Below are positions 50,801-59,800 of a DNA stretch of 64,000 nucleotides, one piece after another. The DNA is from Bacteroidales bacterium. GTDB lineage: Bacteria; Bacteroidota; Bacteroidia; Bacteroidales; UBA3824. Below the pieces are notes generated by a model. That model was not told the origin of the DNA. It did not search any database and saw only the letters and a program-made list of their open reading frames with translations. The position numbers and the translations under genes were made by a program. How positions within the stretch are numbered: the first letter of the stretch is position 1; the number at the start of each line of letters is the position of its first letter. Location: NCBI GenBank assembly GCA_017412115.1, contig JAFPYR010000017.1, positions 7,159-71,158 on the forward strand, written 5' to 3'.

Positions 50801-53800
50801 GAATTTAGGATTCTGACAAGTATAAACTATATATTCGTATCTTTGCTGTTTTTCTTTGTTCTGATAAAGTCTGTTTTCATCAATAGGATTCTTGTAACCC
50901 GTTTCGTTACGCTCATCGTATTTCTGAATAACAGGATCGTCAGGCTCTGCATTAATAACTTTCATTTTATCAACGGCTGCACACGTACCGCGGTCATAAC
51001 CTTGAGTATATCCGCTCTTTTGAGCATTATAATCAATATTATTATATTTTATAATACCGTTTGTAATCTCATTCAATTTACTCTTAACAGTCCAGGTAAG
51101 TTCGGTTTCGCCTTGCGGTGCTCTGTAGAAGTAAGCATTATAAGCACTTGCATTATTAGCAGTAGGCGGATTAGTAGCACTTATGTTAGTAAGACCCGAA
51201 CCGCTTGCAGCACCCGTCCTTGAGAACGACCACATACCAACACCCCAAGAAGGACTAACCGCTTCAAGTTGCGTATAATCGTTGTCGTTACCGCAAATAT
51301 AAATATCGTCGCCAGCCTCAGAATCTACATGATTATTGAAAACATATATTTCGTCAGAAGCCTCACAATCATAACGCGAAACGTGCCATGTAAATTTGTT
51401 TTCCTTAGGAGCTAAACCTTTAACATATGTAATAGTAGTCGTAGAATTTGCATCGGGGTGGTTAGCAATGTCAAAATGACTGCCACCCTCATTTATTTCC
51501 CACCAACCGTGATAATTTTCAAATCCTGAACCTGAATTTGATGTACCATCAGAATTAGGTGTCTCGCCTTTCAACTCGGCTTCATCATTACAAACGATAA
51601 AGTTAGGATAGTCAGCTATTTCAAATGAATTATTGAAAATCCAAACAGTATCGGTAGCAACACAATAACCAGACTGAGTTCTGTTATTTGCATTAAAAGT
51701 GTTATATCCATCAACCCTATAAACCTGCTTTTTATTTTTACCTACTTGACAAGTAGGATCGAATAATTTAGAAAATGCCGGTTTTGCAACAGTCCAAACC
51801 ATTGCAACACCATACTCATGTCCCTCAGATTTTGGGATATTAATAAGACTTGTAGTATTGTCTGTAAATTTCTTATAATGACCGTCATATCCAGATACGA
51901 CTCCATTATCAGTATCAGTACCATAATTGCCTTGGGTTACTCCTGTGCCGAGATATATCTTATCACCTCCAACTTTAACATCAGACATTTTTGACGTCGT
52001 CGCCAACGACCAAAATCCCCTGATAGCGAAAGTTTTATCATCTTGGTCAGAAACAGGTGCAGCAGTAAGTTCAAATTGATCAGAACACAAATTCCATTCT
52101 TTACGATTTGAATTACTATTCCATGCTTCAGGACGAGTGTCAGCAATGGATTTAACAGAATTATTCCAAATAGTAACTTTTGCAACAGAAGTACATTCTT
52201 CTCCTTTTGCACCAGTACCTCTTGAACTCGTTAAAGTAAACGTAGTAGCACCTAACGGCAAATTTGTAACCGTTATAGAACCTCTACCATCAGTCCAAGT
52301 CTGAGCTCCTGATTCTCCATTATATTTTATCTTATCATCGTGATCAGAATACAAATCAACACGATTCGTAATAGCAGTCCACCGCAAATCATAAGTATCA
52401 GAGCAGATAGCAGTTGATTCCAAACCAAACGTACCCTCACCAGTTGCAATAAACTGAGCCGTATCAGGTACATTTATTACATAAACCATCGTATCATAAT
52501 CGAAACAATAGTTAGTAAGATCGTTTACGTTTCCGTCAGGATTTTTTAATTGTTTTACAGCCCATTCAAACTGATAAATACCACTACCATTAGTACCAGT
52601 CGCATTACCACATGCATCGTAATATGCGATAGTATTAAAACGGGCAACTTTCGTAGGCTTATTAGGATTCTCAACAGAAACACTATTATCAACACCTAAA
52701 TAGTCAAGTGAATAATCTTTTGTTTTACAATCACCACAACCCTTCTTCTGTTTCGTAGGAGGACCGTCAATCTGACGCCAAGCACCAACCCATTGTGAAA
52801 CATTAGAAAGTGTCTTATTCAAGTAATCAGGGACATAACAACCATTGCCATCAACGAAATCGCTCATAGGCTTATCTGAAGTGCCGTTAAGATAATGATT
52901 AACTTTGTACTTCTCCAAATTACACTCAGGACTATCATTTACAGCATCTTCATAATGGTTATCGTCGCAAGATATCTTATCCTCACCTGCATTAGCAACG
53001 ATAGAACGGTTTGTAATAGTTACTTCGTTAGAAATCTGACAATATTTTTGTAACGGGTTCGGAAATATTGTAGTATCACCGTCCCAATTAACATTTTTAC
53101 GATAATATGTAAATTTAAACTTGTTAGCATCCTTACCTAAATTAAATACATAAACAGACGGACGCTGATTAGGCGCTGTCGGATTAGCATAACCCGTAAT
53201 GGCAGCTGATTGATAAACGAGGTTGCCGTTTGCATCCCTCATATCCTCATAACCTGTTACAACATCAACCCAAACAGTTTCATCCTGAAGTACCGGATTA
53301 TTAAGTTCAACTTGCTTTTGAGTCATATAGTCTTTATTCTCATACTCAATAGTAACAGTACCATTCGGATTAGAAACTACAGGTGTAGATATAGTAACTT
53401 TTTCGTAATAGCAGAACTTACCGTCGTAAATATAACCTAAGGTTTCGACACCTCCAACCTGCTGCTTGTAAGCATCATATTGGGTACTCTTCTCATTACC
53501 ATCAACATCAGTATATGTGTATTTAAGAGTACGAGTTTTTTGCTGTTTAGATGTAATAGGCACTTGAATAGGTCTGCCGTCAGCAGTTGCCCACATAAGG
53601 CTGGTAGTAGAAGAAGAAAGACTTGCATTTCCACCGGCATAAGTCCATTCTCCACGTTCGCCCTCTGTTAATTTATCAGAAACATTCAATTCGCCGTTCG
53701 GTGTACAAACAAACGGATCTTTTGCATAAACAACAGGCAATTCATAATTCTGACCACTTGCACCATAAACAGGATTGTTGTTCCAAACCCAAACTTCGTC

Positions 53801-56800
53801 TTTAGCAGGACAACCACCCCATACAACATTCCATACAAATCTATGTTTCTCTCTTGAAAGTAAACCAACCGTAACATCAGCACAGTGAATATTATTGTGC
53901 AAAGTACTTCCACCTCCGACAAATTTCTGCATCGGGTCTGAGTTAGAAGTACTCCACCAACCGTCTATTTTAGCATCATCTACACCATTAGAAGTTACTT
54001 TAGGCAAACTTGCTACAAGATGCGCAGTTTCTGAACAGATATACTGATCAGGTCCGGCATTTGCAGTAAGACCGTGATTAAACAAAGTTATATTATCAAC
54101 AGATTGACAAGTCTTGCGTGCTGTAGAATTTTTCGGAGACTGATATGTGTATTCAACAATATATTCAAAAGTATTAGGACCGGGGCTCATGTGTTCAACA
54201 TAAGCATCAGTTTGTTTACTCAAATCCGTCAAAACAATATCCGTAGCACCATTACCAAACTTAGCATTTCCATCTACAACTCTCCAATAAATTTTGGTAG
54301 CACGATCTGGAACACTTGCAGCAATAGTAGTATAATCCGTACAAACCTCACGGTCATCACCTAAACTTGCAAGTGAAGGCTGTGCATTAGTAATATATAC
54401 GTCATCATGATATTCACATTGACCTTCCGCCTTATCGGTTTTAAAATTAACTCTAACAGTCCAACGGAAAATATTAGTATCAAAATTCAAATTTTTAACC
54501 CACACATTTTCCATAGACATAACTGCGGGTGTATTCATCTTAGTAGGATCGGTTTCCGCAGAGTTTGCTACGAAATTAGCATTTCCATGAATTTTAGACC
54601 AATACTTTTCAACAATATCGAAAGCGATACCGGTTTTTTCGGTAATATTTGTGGCCTGCAATTGAACAGCATCATCACATACAACTTGTTCCGTACCACC
54701 CGTACCACTATTGAAAGTAAGACCCACGTTTGTAACGGTAACTTGATCCCAAGAACGACAACCGATAAGAATAGAACTTCCATCACGTTTATTCCATGTC
54801 ATCTCATTGTACTTGTTCCACTCAAAAGTGGTAGTAGTCAAGTTATCTTGATTAGTAGAAGTCTGAATACCGTCTACCTGAGTATTATAAACTTCATCAG
54901 CAGGTTGATACAACCCTGTCTGATAATATTGTTTTGCTTCGGTAGTTTTATCTTGGGTACAAGCTTCGTCACCATAGAAGGTTCTTGAATAATTAACATC
55001 TACGGCATTACCGTTTTGATCATAGTACACAGTGCGTACAGTCTTAATCCAATAGGTAACCGTTTCGGTAGTCGAAGCAAGTTCGTCAATAGTTTTTGCA
55101 GCACTAAATACCATCTTCTCAAGATAAGTAATCTTATCCATAGTTACCGGAGTGCCATCTGTCGGAGATGTCGGAGTATAACCGCTTACAGGCTGACCAA
55201 AAAACGTTTCATCTTTTACAACTCTTGATTCAGAATTAGTACCCCAATACGGATTGGTATATTTATTATTGTCGTTTCCTGATTTTGCAGCAGACGATGT
55301 CCACCAGTTGTACATAGCACCGCAGCCTTCATCCTTAGCATCAAGAGCTACGTTATCACTACATACAGTTACATCTTCACCGGCATTAGCATCAATAGGT
55401 GCTATCCAGAAAATTTCCATAACATCAGACGCACGACAAATATGTTTCGTATATGGATTAACATACGTTACAGTCCACTCAAACTGATTGGAAGAACCGA
55501 ATGTTTGTTTCTCCCAATAATCAGGATTACAATCAGTTACAGAATGTTGAAGATTATAAACAGAAGTAATAGCAGCAGTAGAATTTTCTACCGTACCTGT
55601 ACCTTGGATAGTTCTCCATACTCCCGTAACATTCGGATCAGAGAGATCACGACATGATTTCTTTCCTTGACCGGCAATCGGACTACCTACCGTACCATGC
55701 AATGAAGCATATTCACCGACGAAAGCACCATGCTGCTTTTTGTTGTCAGATACCAACCGCCCGCAAGTTACAACATCTTCACCGGCATCTACATCACCTA
55801 CTTCATCGTTCCAAATTACAACTTCATCAGTATTGTAACAGGAATGTTCAACATCGTCTTCATCTTTTAATGTAATGGTAGCCGTAAACTTGAATATATT
55901 TTTACCGCAATCTAAGCCGGTTACCGCCGGTTCTGTAACAGTTGAATTAGCAATTGTAGCACTTCCTTCTTCCGCCAACTCCCATTTGAAGTCCCAATGA
56001 GCATCTGAAGTGCCTTCCATAGCCATATAAGCAGTCTTATCAGCAGTTGCCTGCAAAGATGTAGCATCAGAACAAAGCTTCTGCATATCACCTGCATCAA
56101 TTTCAACAGGCATATAATAAACTCTTACAAGGTCTTCGGTTGTACAATAATCCTCAGTAAGTACGCCTTTACGAATTTTCCAACGGAAAGTATTGACACC
56201 TTTTTGCTTAACAATAACTCCCGTTTGAGGATCAGTTGCTGCGTAAGTTTCATTATACGATGATTCAGGAGTCCACGATGTATAGTTAGTTCCGGCAGCA
56301 GCAATAACAGCTGCACGTTCATTAACATCATTTATATGTGTCTCCTCTATAACATCTTCAGGGATATAATAATGAGAAATGTATGTACGAGTTTCTGAGC
56401 GTTGACCGGTTACCTCATACAAACCTCCGCTCGCATTCTGTCCATAAAAATATGTAATCTCCTGAAGGCACTCATACCAATACCCCGTACTTTCAATAGG
56501 AGAAGTAGTTTTTTGATAGACAACACGTTTAGAATTAGAAGTCGGATAAGTTTCAGAAACTAAAGTTCCGTTACCGTCTTCACTAATCATATCATCAAGT
56601 TCAGTAATCTGACTAGCATCATAACCGATTACACCCGCATTATATGTACTCGAAGTTACAACCGATGTAGCCCAAGTATTAGCCCCCTGACGTTTTATAA
56701 CCGCCATAGTAGCTTGTGCAGGAATAAGATCAGGTGTCGCTTTCAACCAATAAGCCGAGTATGAAACATCTTGATTACCTTGTTCATCGGTTCTTACCTC

Positions 56801-59800
56801 CGCACGAACTCTATAATTCTTACCGTTGTAAATTATATTTGTTGCAAAAACTTCAACGCTGCGATTTGAATTTCGGGGAGAACTAAATTCAGCCTCACCT
56901 TTTACAAGTGTCCATATACCTTCACCTTGCGCAGCGGCATTACCTGAAAGCGTTGTTGTATTATTCTCATTACAAAGGAACCGATCTTTTCCGGCATCCG
57001 CTATTGTAACTTTGGAATTGTAAACTACAACATCATCACTCCATTCACAATAGTCATTTTCAGTTCCGGCTTTCTTGCGCCTTGTATGCCATGTAAAAGT
57101 TGTCCCGCCAAAAGCCAAACCTTTCACACCAACAGATTCAGTACTAACATCTCCAGTAAAAGTAGCAGAAGTACCGGCAGGTTTTGTCCACCAACCTTCA
57201 GCTTTCGGTGTGAAATTATCATCAACCTTCTGGGCAGTAAGTGTAGCTGTAACGGCATTGAACTCTTCCCCTTCACCGCAAACCTCAATATCAGAACCCG
57301 CATCAGCGAAAACAGAATCGTTCTCTATGGTTACAACGTCTTCTATTTTACACGTCATCCCGCCGAGAGTTGTATAACTAACAGTCCACTTAACCTTATT
57401 CTTGCCTGAGTAACTCTGACCGAGATTACTAACAATTGTAACAGAGTTGTCCTGATTTACAATATCAGCATCAGAAAAATCACCCTCTACTCTCTCCCAT
57501 TTACCTGTACCGGGTGCGGGGTCGTTACCTGTTAAAGTTACCGGTTCTAATTTTGAACATACAGAAGGTGTACTTGCTTTTGCACTTGAAGTAACATTAA
57601 CAACATTTACAGTAACAGCGTTTTTACATCCTGTAAGTGTACCGTCATTCTTCTTAGCCTGAACAGTATATTTAAAAGTGCTAATACCGGGAGCAAGTTT
57701 TTTTACAACGGTAGAAGTGTTACTCGGACTTACAATTGTAATATCACCACCGTCAACAGCAGCAGAACTTGAAGTCCAAACTCCTACAAAGCCGGTAGGA
57801 AGATTAGAACCAGTAACAGAAATTGTTGCCGAACCACCGCTTGCAATTTCATCAATCGGTGTTGTAGTACAAATCTCATTAGCAGATAAATCAAGTTTCA
57901 ACTTTTGAATTATCGGTGTCGTATTTGCAATGGAACAATTTCCGGTCGGGCTTGTAACCGTCCATGTAAACGAAACATTACCCGTACCCGTAATCAACGC
58001 AGTCGTTTGATTAGCATTAGGATCCGTAATAGTTGCAGTACCGTTAGCTGTCCAAACGCCGGTAGTGCCGGCAGGATAACCGGCAACAGAATTAGCAGTC
58101 AATGTAATAAGACTTTGCTCTTGACTCTCATCACAAACATATTCTTTATCAACCTTAGGATCAGAAATAAGTTTGTAAATAGTCATCACATCAGATGAAA
58201 CACATCCCGCTGTAGTACCAGTAAGTGTTACCTCAACCCTATTTGCTCCTGAATTTAAATCATCAGCTTTAAAAGTATTAGTTTGAGTAGTAGATGTTGT
58301 GCCATGATATACCCATGAGTAAGAACCTGAAGAATTATAGTTTTCAGCAGTAACATCTACTGAAGTCTGATCACAAACAATCATATCTTCCGGAAGTTTC
58401 ACCTTCACTATATTATTAACATAATGGAATGTTTGTGTTGTAGAACAAGTACCTTTTGTTACTTTCCAATAAAGGTAAAGATTTCCGTTATCAAGTTCAG
58501 AAACAGTAAGAGCCGGTTCGGTATAAGTACTAAGTAACCCGACACCGTCAATAGACCACTGACCTGTAGCTCCGGCAGGAAGTGACGAACCCGTAACAGA
58601 AATTTCAGGCTTGCAGTTAGATTGGTTGAGCTGACTTGCAGCCAAAGTCAGTTTATTATAACTGATATAAATAAAATCCTCCGTTGCAGGACATGAAGAA
58701 GTAGCTGAACCTTTTACACTAACTCTAATTTTATTTGAGCCTTCATTAAGATCAGTATTCTTTAAATTAATTGAAGCTCCGGTTTCTATAGACTGTGTAG
58801 TTGATTTAGAATCATTGTACCAAGTAATACTCGGATTAGCTCCGGCACCGGTAGTAACAGCAGTTACCGTAATTTGATCATTATCACTACAAAGATTATC
58901 AGAAGTAGCAGATAACTTAACACCAATATTTTCATTTTTTAATGTAACGGCCTTTGCCTCAATATTACATCCTGCCGTATTATTAATTTTCCATGAAACC
59001 TGTGCCGTAACACCAGGTTCAACTTTTGCAGTCGTAACAGGCTTTGAAGGATCAGCAATAGTAACACCCGCACCGGCAGTCCACTCTACAACAGTACCGT
59101 TCGGATAAGCAGGAGTATTTCCGTTCATCAAAGGAGCAGCTTCCAAAGTAACAACATCATTAGAACATACTGTAAGAGTTCCGCCACTATTGACCGTAGA
59201 AGTTCCCGCAGTTGCTTTGACAGTTGTTTCTGCCGGGAATCTATAAACCGTAAAAGTTTTTTCTACATCAGGACAACCGTTCGAACCTTTAAAAGTTAAA
59301 GTAATAGGAACTGCACCATACGTAGTATTCGGTATAGTAATAGTTGTTTTGTTAGAAATTTGAGCTCCCTCTGATGTTGTTACCGTTGCAGAACCGACAC
59401 TGGTAATAGTCTTAGTCGTTTCGCCGTTACAAAGATAAATATCGTTATAATCAGCAACATTAATACCATTATTCGTAATAGTAAAATCTCTAGTATCAGA
59501 ACATTTTCCTTTTTTTAAGGTCCAAGTATATTTTGATTCCCCAGCCGACAGACCACTGACTTCTAAATTAGGAGTAGTAAATGTAATACCATTAGGATCT
59601 GTCCAATATCCTTCCATACCATCAGGGACAACAGCCACTAATTGATATGCACCATCACACGTTGTACCTGAACCATCCACACCTGCATCAATTTCTTCTC
59701 GTGTAAGCGTAATAGTATTCGATGTTACAGAAGTACCACAACTATTACCATTGGGTATAGTTGGTGTAATTTTAATCGTTAAATTAGCAGTAGTTCCATT

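Larger units (their letters stand above)
48683..59698 (-). other. irregular N-terminal module zone of the giant protein (divergent modules, large loop insertions, charged linker)
   Basis: The same module signature is present, often opening with '[AD].AG.D...C'. Module lengths are variable and the 12-module periodicity is not clean, although the last ~1.5 kb resembles modules 7-12 of a further diverged unit. Confidence 0.7.

Noticed and set aside
53130-55290. YD-like motifs might indicate an Rhs/teneurin-type toxin cassette.
   Set aside because: Each insert has only one or two YD-like hairpins. There is no long YD-repeat shell, no Rhs core 'PxxxxDPxGL' motif and no C-terminal toxin or immunity pair. 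I kept this only as a motif-level observation.
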